Counted from the stretch's first letter, positions 45,317 through 55,085 are shown. The stretch: 64,000 nucleotides of DNA from Myxococcota bacterium (GCA_044344255.1 JBIJDH010000019.1:32001-96000); one strand, 5' to 3'. Notes: generated from the sequence alone by a model not told the origin. Translations and numbers: made by a program.

Positions 45317-48042
45317 CTTCCCCCCTGCTCACCCCCCTCCTCCATGCGCTCGGCGCGCGCGGGGAGGCCACCCTGCCGGCGGCCCCGGGGCGCAGCGGCG
45401 CGGCGATCGTGCGCCACCTCTGGGTGGAGGCCGCCCGCCACCTCGGCGGGCCCTTCCCGCTCGTCTTGCTCGACGGGCAGCGGCTCGTCGGCCTCCCCGA
45501 CACCGCCCTCCGCGAGCAGGCAGAGGCGGCGGCGGGCCAGGCCGACGGCGGCTGGCTCTGGGTCGGCCGCGGGGCCCCGGCGGCCCTCGGCCCGGCGGCG
45601 CGGGCGGCCACGGCGGGGCGGGCGGGCCTGCTCTGGGAGGGTGAAGACCCCGACGCCGCCTTGTCCCTCGCGATGGAGGCCGCTCCAATCGACGCCGCGC
45701 TGGCGGTCGAGCGGGGGGCAGACCCCGCCCTCCAGGTCGTCCTCGAGAGCGCCCAGGCGCAGCTCCAGGCGAGCGGGCTGGTCGTGCTGGTGGGCCCGCC
45801 CGGCAGCCGCCCCGAGCGCCTCGCCCCGGCGCTGGTGGGCGAGCCCATCGTGTCCGCCGGGGGTGGGCGGGCGGTCCCCTCCCACCGCCCCGCCCTCTTC
45901 GCCGAGCTCGGCGAGCTCCCCGAGGACGCGGTCGCCGAGCTCGCCAGCCGCCTGCGGACGGAGCCCCCCGCCGCGCCGCCCCTGTTCTCCGCGATGCGCC
46001 CGCGCCCCGACGACCCCGCCTTCGCCCCCATCCTCGGCCAGAGCCCGGCCCTCGTCGGCCTGCTCGAGGCGGCGGCAGCGGCGGCCCGGAGCGCCCGCCC
46101 GGCCCTGCTGCTCGGGGAGGCCGGCACCGGCAAGGAGGGCCTCGCGCGGGCGCTGCACCGGGCGAGCGGCCGGCGCGGCCCCTTCCACGCGATCGACCTC
46201 GGCGCGATCCCCGCCGAGCTCCTGGAGAGCGAGCTCTTCGGCCACGCCCGCGGCGCCTTCTCGGGGGCCGATCGCGCCCGGCCCGGCGCCTGGCGGGCCG
46301 CCGAGGGGGGCACCCTCTTCCTCGATGAGCTCGGCAACCTCGACCTCCGCCTGCAGGCGCGGCTGCTGCGGGTCCTCCAGGAGGGGGCCGTGCGCCCGGT
46401 GGGCGAAGACCGCACCATCTCCGTCGACGTGCGCGTGATCGCCGCCACCAACGCCGACCTCGAGGGGCGGGCCGCCCGCGGAGAGTTCCGAGAGGACCTC
46501 CTCTTCCGCCTCAACACCTTCACCCTCCGCCTGCCGCCCCTCCGCGAGCGGGGCGACGACATCCTGCTGCTCTTCCGCGAGTTCCTTCGTCGGGAGCTCG
46601 GCTTCGTCCCCACCATCGAGGGGTCCGCCGCGGCGCGCCTCCGCCGCTGGCCCTGGCCCGGCAACGTCCGCGAGCTCGACAGCCTCGCCGCCCTCGTCAC
46701 CACGCGCCTGTCGCCCGGCCGGGCCCTCACCGAGGCGGAGCTCCCCGAGATCGACCCCGCCCGCCGCCGCCCCGGCCCCACCGTCGTCACCTGGACCGAG
46801 GCCCCGGGGGAGCGCGTGAGCCTGCCGCCCGCCCTCCCCCGCGCCGCCGCCCTCCGCCTACAGGCCCTGCGGGTGCCGATCCCCGCCCTCCGCGACCGCC
46901 CTCGCCCGGCCCTCCGCGCGCTCCTGCGGGCCCGCCTCGGCGATCTGCCCGTCACCGACGCCGCCCTCGACGCCCTGGTCCGCCGGCCCTGGTGGGGCGA
47001 CGAGGCCGAGCTCGCCGCCGCGGTGGCCACCCTGCGCGCCGGCTGCCCCGGCCTGCTCGACCTCCCCGACATCCGCCGCCTGCTGCCGAACCCCGCAGGG
47101 GCGGCCGGGATCCGGGTGCTGCTCTTCCCGAGCGTCGGCCCCGACGGCACCCTGCGCGGCCTCCGCGAAGACCACGAGGCCCCCGCCCTCCTCCTCGGCC
47201 GGGCCCGCGAGCTCGGCGCCGCCCTCCGCGTGGCCGAGCGCCTCCCCGGCGGCGCCGCCCGACTCCAGGCCCACGGCCGCCCCGCCCTGCAAGACCTCTC
47301 CCTCCTCCCCACCCTGAGCCGCCTCCACGCCCTGCTCTTCACCGCCGAGGAGGGGCTCGCCATCGAGCTCTTCCCCTGGGTGCGCCAGCCCGTGCGGGTG
47401 ACCTCGCTCCGCGCCGAGTCCGCCCCCCGCCTCCTCCGGCCCGGAGAGGTCGCCCCGCTCGGCGACGCAGCGCGGATCGACCTCCTCGGGCCCGACCACC
47501 AGCTCCTGCTCACGCTCTGGGCCTTCGCCGGCCCGGTCGCCTGGGAGGACCGCTCGCCCCACCTCCTCGAGCTGCTGCGCAGCGACGAGGCCGCGGCCAC
47601 GAAGATGTCCTCCCCGCCGCGCGCGCCCTCGCCCGCCGCCCTCCCCATCGAGCCCCTCGCCGCGCCGGCCGCCCCCTCGACCTCCCTCACCCCTGTCCCC
47701 GGCGCCCCCACCGAGCCGCGCACCCACCGCTGGGTCCTCGGCGAGCACGAGCAGGATGCCCTCATCACCCTCATGCTCGCCTTCCCCGGCGGGGAGCTCA
47801 AGGCCTGGGTCTTCGGGGAGATCGCGGCCTGGTCAGGCCCGCAGGAGCGCCTCGCGACCTACCTCCGCTCCGCCCCCAAGACCGCCGACTACATCGGCCG
47901 CCTCTTCGACTTCGAGCCCAACGACGCCCTCCGCCGCCGCTTCGCCGCCCGCCTCCACGGCCACCCCGAGCTCGAGGCCCTGATCCGCCGGCTCCCCGCC
48001 CGCCTCGCGCGCCTCGCCCGCGAGCTCGCCGAGGCCGGATAG
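45295..48042 (+). CDS. Sigma54-dependent enhancer-binding protein with extra degenerate AAA+ segments and an FHA-like domain
   Basis: GEAGTGKE, ESELFGH, GAFSGA, LFLDE, RVIAATN, FREDLLFRL, WPGNVREL; later LLLGR...LSRLHA FHA-like signature. Confidence 0.88.
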   Translation: MRPLAPLPSPLLTPLLHALGARGEATLPAAPGRSGAAIVRHLWVEAARHLGGPFPLVLLDGQRLVGLPDTALREQAEAAAGQADGGWLWVGRGAPAALGPAARAATAGRAGLLWEGEDPDAALSLAMEAAPIDAALAVERGADPALQVVLESAQAQLQASGLVVLVGPPGSRPERLAPALVGEPIVSAGGGRAVPSHRPALFAELGELPEDAVAELASRLRTEPPAAPPLFSAMRPRPDDPAFAPILGQSPALVGLLEAAAAAARSARPALLLGEAGTGKEGLARALHRASGRRGPFHAIDLGAIPAELLESELFGHARGAFSGADRARPGAWRAAEGGTLFLDELGNLDLRLQARLLRVLQEGAVRPVGEDRTISVDVRVIAATNADLEGRAARGEFREDLLFRLNTFTLRLPPLRERGDDILLLFREFLRRELGFVPTIEGSAAARLRRWPWPGNVRELDSLAALVTTRLSPGRALTEAELPEIDPARRRPGPTVVTWTEAPGERVSLPPALPRAAALRLQALRVPIPALRDRPRPALRALLRARLGDLPVTDAALDALVRRPWWGDEAELAAAVATLRAGCPGLLDLPDIRRLLPNPAGAAGIRVLLFPSVGPDGTLRGLREDHEAPALLLGRARELGAALRVAERLPGGAARLQAHGRPALQDLSLLPTLSRLHALLFTAEEGLAIELFPWVRQPVRVTSLRAESAPRLLRPGEVAPLGDAARIDLLGPDHQLLLTLWAFAGPVAWEDRSPHLLELLRSDEAAATKMSSPPRAPSPAALPIEPLAAPAAPSTSLTPVPGAPTEPRTHRWVLGEHEQDALITLMLAFPGGELKAWVFGEIAAWSGPQERLATYLRSAPKTADYIGRLFDFEPNDALRRRFAARLHGHPELEALIRRLPARLARLARELAEAG

Positions 48043-48120
48043 GGCTCACCGCCCGCCTCGCGCGCCCCGCCCGCACGCTCACCGCGGCCAGGGCGCCCCG
48101 CTCCCCGCCGGGCGCGCTCC

Positions 48121-48200
48121 GCCGGTACCTCGCTGTACCTCGCTGTACCTCACAGGCCGCCGCTGTACCTCGCTGTACCTCGCTGTACCTCGCTGTACCT
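48121..48200 (+). repeat. Phased 10-bp repeat CGCTGTACCT, putative enhancer (UAS)
   Basis: Six perfect copies plus one partial, with one interruption of exactly 10 bp at 48151-48160. Confidence 0.9.
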
Positions 48201-48252
48201 CGCGGGGACCGCGCCGGCGGGCTCCGGCGGGGCGGAGGCGGCCGCTTGGGGC

Positions 48253-48268
48253 TGGCACGAGGGTTGCA
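48253..48268 (+). promoter_or_regulatory. Sigma54 (-24/-12) promoter
   Basis: TGGCAC-GAGGG-TTGCA matches TGGCAC-N5-TTGC, 34 nt upstream of the ATG at 48303. Confidence 0.9.
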
Positions 48269-48302
48269 AAAGCAGGCTCCGTCCCTACCCACGGAGCCTT
48301 GA

Positions 48303-50783
48303 ATGTCCCGCCTCCTCCTGCCCATGTCCATCCTCTCCCTCGTGGCCTGCGCCGCGCGCCCCGGGGCCCCCTCGACCGCAGGCGACACGGCCGCGGATGT
48401 CACCCCCGCCGCGGAGGTCGGCGCCGGCGCCCCCCTGCGCTCGAAGATGGAGATCGCCTTCGCCGGACAGGTGGGCACGCCCATCCTCCTCACCCTCGGG
48501 GAGGGCGACAGGGCGATGGTGGTCCCCGCCCATGTCATCGACGGGCTCGTCGTCTCCGGCGACGTCGTCTTTGGCACCGTAGACGAGGTGATGGCCCAGG
48601 CCGACTACGAGGCCGCCGATGGCCCCCGCGCCGCCACCTTCCGGCTGCCGGCGAACCTCTGGCCCGACCGGCGCATCACCTACTACATTGACCCCATCGC
48701 CTCCGCCGCGGTCGAGGGCCTGATCGAAGACGCGGTCGACGACTGGAATGACCTCGGCATCATCACCTTCACCCGCGCCACCTCCCGGCCCACCACCGAC
48801 TACCTCGAGTTCGACGTCCCCTCGACCAACGACTGCTCCGACGGCGTGAACAGTGACGGGGACGAGGACAGCGCCATCGACGCCGCCGATGATGAGTGCG
48901 CCCGCGGCTACACCTCCGAGACCTTCTCCTGCTACACCACCGGGATCGGCAAGGGGGGAGACGGCACCACCATCCACGCCGAGGGCTGCTCGACCGGCAA
49001 CTTCCGCCACGAGATCGGGCACGCCGTGGGCCTCTACCACGAGCAGTCCCGCTGTGACCGCGACAACTACGTGGACGTCCACCTCGAGAACATCGACGCG
49101 GACTGGGAGGACCAGTACGACACCTGGTGCAGCACCACCTCGAATGGCCAGGACGTCGGCCCCTTCGACTTTGACTCGATGATGCTCTATGGCTCGGGCA
49201 GCGAGACGAGCCCGGCGATGACCGACGAGGACGGCAACACCTTCGGGGGTCAGCGGACGCACATCTCCGACCTCGACGCCCGCGCCGTCGCCTGGCTCTA
49301 CTCGGTCGACCTCGCCCGCTCTCGCGACGTGGACGGTGATAACGTCGATGACCTGCTCATCGGCGTGCCCTACGAGGACCACGGCACCACCACCATCTCC
49401 TCGGGTGGCTTCAACATCCTCTATGGTGCGGACGGCGGCCTCTCCGGGACCGGCTCCGAATTCTGGGACCAGGGCTCCACCGGGGTGGAGGGCACGCTGC
49501 AAGACTATGACCACATGGGCGCGGCCCTGGCGATCGGCGACATCGACGGCGACGGCTACGCAGATGTCATCGTGGGCTCCCCCGAGGAGGACCACAACCT
49601 CGACAACGACGCCGGTCTGCTCAACGTGTTCTATGGCGGCTCCTCTGGCCTGACGGTGGAGGGAGACAAGTGGTCCCAGGCCCACATCGGCGTCGCCGGC
49701 ACCTCGCAGGGCGGGGACAACTTCGGCGCCGCGCTGGTGATCGCCGACTACAACGGCGACGGCTACGGCGACGTGACGGCCGGCGTCCCGGGAGATGGCC
49801 CCACCAGCACCACCGACGAGGCGGGCGGCGTCAACATCATCTACGGGAGCGCCTCCGGCCTCGGCTTCGGCGGCGACGACTGGTATTACCAGGACGCCTC
49901 GGGGGTGGTGGGCTCGGGAGAGGCGAATGACCACTTCGGAGAGACCCTGGCCTCGGGTGACTTCGACAACGACGGCTACGCCGACCTCGCCATCGGCGTC
50001 CCCGGGGAGGACGTGGGCTCGGTCTCGAACGCGGGCTCGGTCAACGTGCTCTATGGCTCCAGCACCGGGCTCAGCACCAGCGGCAACCAGCTCTGGAACC
50101 AGGACATCACCGGCGTCGAAGACACCTGTGAGGCCAACGACGACTACGGCTCCGCCCTCGCTGTGGGTGACTTCAACTGCGACGGCTTCGACGACCTCGC
50201 GGTGGGCGTGCCGGGAGAGGCCGTGGGCACCGTCACCGGCGCCGGGCAGGTCTCTGTCCTCTGGGGCAGCGCCGCCGGCCTCACCGTGACCGGCGACACG
50301 CTCATTCACGCGAATTCGTCCTACGTCCCCGGCACCGCCGAGACGAATGACCACTTCGGCGAGACCCTGGCCAGCGCCGACCTCAACTGGGACGGCTGTG
50401 ACGACCTCGCCATCGGCATCCCCGACGAGTCCGGCACCGCGGGGGCCTATCAAGGGGAGGTGGTGGTGATGTACGGCGCCACCGCCGGCCTCCTCACCCG
50501 CACCGGCAGCCAGATCACCTGCTCGGGGAGCTGTGAGGCCGGCGACCAGCTCGGCTCGGCCCTCGGCACCGGTGACTGGAACGGCGACGGCTACATCGAC
50601 CTCGCGATGGGCGCCCCGGGCGAAGACGTGGGCACCGTGAGCAACGCGGGCGCGGTCGTCGTGGCCTACGGCGCCAGCGTCAGCCTCGACACCGCGGGCG
50701 CCGAGTGCTGGTACCAGGACTCCACGGGGGTCTCCGGCACCTCCGAGACCAGCGACGCCTTCGGCGACGCCATCGCCCAGTAG
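48303..50783 (+). CDS. Astacin-family (M12A) metalloprotease lipoprotein with FG-GAP/integrin-alpha repeats
   Basis: Lipobox LVAC; HEIGHAVGLYHEQSRCDRD zinc motif; Met-turn SMMLY; repeats like FGxxLAxGDFxxDGYxDLAIGVPGE. Confidence 0.92.
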   Translation: MSRLLLPMSILSLVACAARPGAPSTAGDTAADVTPAAEVGAGAPLRSKMEIAFAGQVGTPILLTLGEGDRAMVVPAHVIDGLVVSGDVVFGTVDEVMAQADYEAADGPRAATFRLPANLWPDRRITYYIDPIASAAVEGLIEDAVDDWNDLGIITFTRATSRPTTDYLEFDVPSTNDCSDGVNSDGDEDSAIDAADDECARGYTSETFSCYTTGIGKGGDGTTIHAEGCSTGNFRHEIGHAVGLYHEQSRCDRDNYVDVHLENIDADWEDQYDTWCSTTSNGQDVGPFDFDSMMLYGSGSETSPAMTDEDGNTFGGQRTHISDLDARAVAWLYSVDLARSRDVDGDNVDDLLIGVPYEDHGTTTISSGGFNILYGADGGLSGTGSEFWDQGSTGVEGTLQDYDHMGAALAIGDIDGDGYADVIVGSPEEDHNLDNDAGLLNVFYGGSSGLTVEGDKWSQAHIGVAGTSQGGDNFGAALVIADYNGDGYGDVTAGVPGDGPTSTTDEAGGVNIIYGSASGLGFGGDDWYYQDASGVVGSGEANDHFGETLASGDFDNDGYADLAIGVPGEDVGSVSNAGSVNVLYGSSTGLSTSGNQLWNQDITGVEDTCEANDDYGSALAVGDFNCDGFDDLAVGVPGEAVGTVTGAGQVSVLWGSAAGLTVTGDTLIHANSSYVPGTAETNDHFGETLASADLNWDGCDDLAIGIPDESGTAGAYQGEVVVMYGATAGLLTRTGSQITCSGSCEAGDQLGSALGTGDWNGDGYIDLAMGAPGEDVGTVSNAGAVVVAYGASVSLDTAGAECWYQDSTGVSGTSETSDAFGDAIAQ

Positions 50784-50842
50784 GCGGCCTGACCCCGCGG
50801 GGGCCCGGCCCCGGGCGGGGCGGAGGGATAAGGCGGGCGCGC

Positions 50843-51919
50843 ATGCACACCGTCTTCCTCTCCGCCGCCGAGCCCTCCGGAGACCTGCTCGCCGCCGAGC
50901 TGCTCCAGGCCCTGCAGCGGCGTGCCCCGGTGGTGGCGCGGGGCTGCGCAGGGCCGGCGATGCGGGCCGCTGGGGTCGAGGCCATCGTCGAGATGGAGTC
51001 GATCACGGCGATGGGGGTGGCCGAGGTGCTCGCGAAGCTCGGGCCCCTGAAGCGAGCCCGCGCCGCCCTCACCGCCGGCCTCCGCGAGGGGGCCGACCTC
51101 TTTATCGGGGTGGACGCCCCCGACCTCCACCTCCCGCTGGCCCGGATCGCGCGCCAGCAAGGCACCCCCGCCGTCGGCTACGTGAGCCCCCAGGTCTGGG
51201 CCTGGCGGCCGGGGCGGGTGGAGGGCATCGCCGCCAGCCTCGACCAGCTCCTCTGCCTCTTCGCCTTCGAGCCCCCGCTCTACGCCGAGGCCGCCGCGCG
51301 CCACGGCTGCGACGTGCGCTTCGTCGGCCACCCCCTCCTCGACCGCCTCCCCGCCCGCGGCGCGGTCGATCCCGATCTCTACGGCCTCCTGCCCGCCTCG
51401 CGGGAGCACGAGCTCCGCCGCCACCTCCCCGTCTTCTTGGCGGCCGCGGAGGCCCTGCAGGCCGAGCGGCCCGGCGCCCGCTTCGCCCTCGTGGTGCCCG
51501 AGGCCCTCCACGGCGCGCTCGGCCCCCTGCCCGAGGGGGTGCGCCTCGCCGCCCGCGCCGCCGACCTCGCCGGGGCCCGCGCCGCCCTCACGAAGAGCGG
51601 CACCGTCACCCTCGAGCTCGGACGGATGGGGGTGCCGATGGTGGTGGCCCACCAGGTCCACCCCCTCACCTACGCGCTCGGCCGCCTGCTCGTCCGCGGC
51701 GTGAAGCACATCGCCCTGCCGAACATCCTCGCCGGCCGGGAGGTGGTGCCCGAGCACCTCCAGTCGCTCGATCCCGCCGCGCTCTGCCGCGCCCTGCTCG
51801 AGCTCCCCGACCACCAGGCCCTCGACCTCTCCGCCCTCGGGGAGCCCGGCGCCGCCGACCGCGCCGCCTCCGCGGTCACCGATCTCTGGGCCGCCCGCCC
51901 CGCCCCCGGTGGGGAGTGA
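50843..51919 (+). CDS. lpxB: Lipid-A-disaccharide synthase
   Basis: AAEPSGDL, GVDAPD, YVSPQVWAWRPGR, FVGHP, LLPASR, KSGTVTLE, LPNIL. Confidence 0.92.
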   Translation: MHTVFLSAAEPSGDLLAAELLQALQRRAPVVARGCAGPAMRAAGVEAIVEMESITAMGVAEVLAKLGPLKRARAALTAGLREGADLFIGVDAPDLHLPLARIARQQGTPAVGYVSPQVWAWRPGRVEGIAASLDQLLCLFAFEPPLYAEAAARHGCDVRFVGHPLLDRLPARGAVDPDLYGLLPASREHELRRHLPVFLAAAEALQAERPGARFALVVPEALHGALGPLPEGVRLAARAADLAGARAALTKSGTVTLELGRMGVPMVVAHQVHPLTYALGRLLVRGVKHIALPNILAGREVVPEHLQSLDPAALCRALLELPDHQALDLSALGEPGAADRAASAVTDLWAARPAPGGE

Positions 51920-53265
51920 CCGTGTCGGGCGCTCCCCTCGCGCGCGGGCTGCCCTATGTCCTGCTCGGGCTGCTCACCGCCGCGCGGCTCGCCTTTGGCG
52001 GCAGCTTCGGCCTCGCCGAGGACGAGGCCTATTACGCGGTCTGGAGCGAGCGCCTCGCCGCCGGCTACCTCGACCACCCCCCCGCCATCGCCTGGCTCAT
52101 CCGCGGCGGTCTGTCGCTGCTCGGCCCCACCGAGCAGGGGGTGCGCCTGCTGCCCCTCCTGCTCGGCGGCCTCACCGCGGCCGTGGCCTCCCGCCTCTCC
52201 CCCGAGCGGGGCCTGCTGATCGCCCTCTTCTCGACCATGCCCCTCTTCGCCCTCGGCGGGATGCTCGCCACCCCCGACGTCCCCCTGCTCGCCGCCTGGG
52301 CCCTCGGCCTCTTCGCCGCCGAGCGCGGGGCCTGGCCGGCGGTGGGCCTCGCGGCGGGGCTCGCCATGCTGTCCAAGTACACGGGGCTCCTGCTCCTCCC
52401 GCTGCTCGTGCTGGCCGAGCCCGCCGCGCTGCGCCGCCGGGGGCCGTACATCGCCGCGCTGATCGCGCTCCTCGTCTATCTGCCGAACGCGGTCTGGAAC
52501 GTGTCGAATGACCTCGTGTCCTGGCGCTTCCAGTGGGCCCACGTCGGCGCGGGGACAGACCGCCTCGGCCTCTTCGCGGCCCAGCTCGGCCTCGGCGGGC
52601 CCCTGCTCTTCCCGGCCCTCCTCGCCTGGGCGGCCGTCGGGTGGCGGGGAGACAACCTCGAGCGGCGCTGCTGGTGGGCGAGCGTGCCGGTGCTGCTCCT
52701 CGCTGTGGCCTCCGGGGGAGAGGCCAATTGGGCGGCCCCCTTCTATGTGGGCGGCCTCATCGGCCTCTCGCGGCGGGCGGGGCGCTGGAGCCGGGCGGCC
52801 TGGATGGGCCTCGGGGTGAACGGCCTCCTCTCTGGGGTGGTGGTGCTGCACGTGCTCCACCCGATCGCCCGCCCGCCGGTGGAGCCCCGGGCCTGGCTCG
52901 ACCGGGGCCAGAACCTCGGCGATTCGGTGGCCGCCTGGGGGGCGAGCGCCGTCTACACGAGCCGCTACCAGGAGGCGGCGCTGATTGACTTCTATGGCGG
53001 CGAGGCCCTCGGCGGCGTGCGCCCGCGGCCCCTCCCCGGGCTCGGCCGCCCCACCCAATACGACCTCTGGGAGCCCGAGGCCGCCGAGCAGCTCGCGCCC
53101 TCCGCCCTCTTCGTGCGCCCCGAGCGACAGAGCGAGGAGATCGCGACAGACCGCCTCGGATATTCCCACGGCGACGCCCACCGGGTGAGCGCTTACATCG
53201 ACGGGATCGACCCCCTGCACCCCCTCGCCATCGCGCAGTTCCAGGTCTACGAGGTGCGGCGATGA
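51916..53265 (+). CDS. ArnT/PMT-like (GT-C) glycosyltransferase
   Basis: DEAYY, GYLDHPP, TPDVPL, LSKYT; multiple TM helices; GTGA overlap with lpxB. Confidence 0.85.
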   Translation: MTVSGAPLARGLPYVLLGLLTAARLAFGGSFGLAEDEAYYAVWSERLAAGYLDHPPAIAWLIRGGLSLLGPTEQGVRLLPLLLGGLTAAVASRLSPERGLLIALFSTMPLFALGGMLATPDVPLLAAWALGLFAAERGAWPAVGLAAGLAMLSKYTGLLLLPLLVLAEPAALRRRGPYIAALIALLVYLPNAVWNVSNDLVSWRFQWAHVGAGTDRLGLFAAQLGLGGPLLFPALLAWAAVGWRGDNLERRCWWASVPVLLLAVASGGEANWAAPFYVGGLIGLSRRAGRWSRAAWMGLGVNGLLSGVVVLHVLHPIARPPVEPRAWLDRGQNLGDSVAAWGASAVYTSRYQEAALIDFYGGEALGGVRPRPLPGLGRPTQYDLWEPEAAEQLAPSALFVRPERQSEEIATDRLGYSHGDAHRVSAYIDGIDPLHPLAIAQFQVYEVRR

Positions 53266-55085
53266 GCGCGGGACAGGGACAGGGTCAGGGACAGGCCAGC
53301 GCCGCGCGCGCCCAGAGCGCCCGCCGCCTCCTTCGTTACTTCCGGCCGCACCGGGCCCGCATCGCCCTGTCGCTGCTGCTGCTCGCCTTGCACTCGGCCG
53401 TGCCCGGCCTGCTCGTCCTGCTCATCGAGGGCACGCTCGACGACGTGCTGATCGAGAAGGACGCCCTCCGCTTGAAGCTCCTGCCCTTCCTGCTCGTGGG
53501 CCTCTACGCGGCGAACGGCGCCCTCGGCTACGGGCGGGGGATGCTCACCCGCACCATCGCCTGGTCGGTGATCACCGAGCTCCGCCGCGAGCTCTTCCAA
53601 GCCATGCTGCGACAGGACGTGACCTTCCACCAGCAGCGGCCCACCGGCGAGCTGCTCGCGCGGCTGACCAACGACGTCCAGAACGTACAGTACGGGCTCA
53701 TCGGCGTCATCACCGGTGTCCAGAAGCCGCTCACCCTCGCGGTCCTCGTCGCCACCGCCTTCATGATGAACGCCCGCCTCGCCGCCATCGGCGTCGTGGT
53801 GCTGCCGATCATCGCCGTGCCGATGGCCCGCTTCGGCCGCCGCCTCCGCGAGAGCGCGCGGGCCTCCCTCGACAACCTCGCGGCGCTCACCGGCTCCACC
53901 TCCGAGACCCTCACCGGCATCCGCACGGTGCAGGCCTTCGGCGGCGAGGCCGAGCGCTCCGCCGTCTTCGACCGCGACAACGAGGCGCAGCGCCGCCTGC
54001 AGATGGCCGAGTTCGCCGCGCGGATGCTACCGAGCCCGATCATCGAGCTCATCGCCTCGATCGGCGTGGCGGTGGTGCTCTACGTGGGGGGGCGGCAGGT
54101 CTTCGCGGGCGAGATCGAGCCCGGCGAGCTCATCGCCTTCATGGTGGCGCTGGGCCTGCTGAACGAGCCGCTGAAGGGCCTCGCCGAGGTGCAGTCCCTC
54201 CACCAGCGGGCGGTGGCCGGGGCGAGCGTCGTCTTCGAGATCATCGACCGGCCGCCCCTCATCGCCGATCTCGGGCAGCGGCGCCTCGACAGCCGGCGGG
54301 TGACCCTCTCCTTCGAGGGGGTCTCCTTCAGCTACGGCAGCGGCCCGGTGCTCGACCGAGTGAGCTTCACCGCCGGGGAGGGCCGGCTGATCGCGCTCGT
54401 CGGGGCCTCGGGCTCGGGGAAGAGCACCATCGCCAGCCTCATCCCGCGCTTCTATGACCCCACCGAGGGCCGCGTCTGCCTGAACGGCGTCGACGCGCGC
54501 GACTTCAGCCTCGCCTCCTTACGGGCCCACATCGCCGTCGTCTCCCAGGAGCCCTTCCTCTTCAACGACACCGTGGCCGCCAACATCCGCCTCGGCTGCC
54601 CGGGGGCGACGCAGCCGGAGATCGAGGCCGCGGCGAGGGTCGCCAACGCCCATGACTTCATCCTCGGCTTGCCCCGCGGCTACGAGACCCCGATCGACGA
54701 GCTCGGGCTCCGGCTCTCCGGGGGCCAGCGGCAGCGCATCTGCATCGCCCGCGCCGTCCTCCGCGACGCGCCGCTGCTCGTGCTCGACGAGGCCACGAGC
54801 GCGCTCGACGCCGAGAGCGAGGCCCTCGTGCAGGAGGCCCTCGACCGCCTGATGAAGGACCGCACGGTGCTGGCGATCGCCCATCGCCTCTCCACCGTGC
54901 GCAGCGCCGATGAGCTGCTCGTGCTCGAAGCCGGCCGGATCGTGGAGCGGGGGCGGCACGCCGAGCTGCTCGCCCAGGGCGGGGCCTACGCCCGCCTCGT
55001 CCGCCGGCAGGAGGGCGGGAGCGTACTCCCGACGCCCCGGGTCGGAGACACCCTCGTACTCGACCCCGAAACAGAAAGCCGCTGA
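53262..55085 (+). CDS. msbA: ABC exporter, MsbA-like lipid A flippase
   Basis: TM domain plus GASGSGKST, LSGGQRQR, LDEATSALD, AHRLST; same operon as lpxB. Confidence 0.75.
   Translation: MSAGQGQGQGQASAARAQSARRLLRYFRPHRARIALSLLLLALHSAVPGLLVLLIEGTLDDVLIEKDALRLKLLPFLLVGLYAANGALGYGRGMLTRTIAWSVITELRRELFQAMLRQDVTFHQQRPTGELLARLTNDVQNVQYGLIGVITGVQKPLTLAVLVATAFMMNARLAAIGVVVLPIIAVPMARFGRRLRESARASLDNLAALTGSTSETLTGIRTVQAFGGEAERSAVFDRDNEAQRRLQMAEFAARMLPSPIIELIASIGVAVVLYVGGRQVFAGEIEPGELIAFMVALGLLNEPLKGLAEVQSLHQRAVAGASVVFEIIDRPPLIADLGQRRLDSRRVTLSFEGVSFSYGSGPVLDRVSFTAGEGRLIALVGASGSGKSTIASLIPRFYDPTEGRVCLNGVDARDFSLASLRAHIAVVSQEPFLFNDTVAANIRLGCPGATQPEIEAAARVANAHDFILGLPRGYETPIDELGLRLSGGQRQRICIARAVLRDAPLLVLDEATSALDAESEALVQEALDRLMKDRTVLAIAHRLSTVRSADELLVLEAGRIVERGRHAELLAQGGAYARLVRRQEGGSVLPTPRVGDTLVLDPETESR

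Noticed and set aside
48121..48200. CRISPR array
   Set aside because: 10-bp head-to-tail units with no unique spacers
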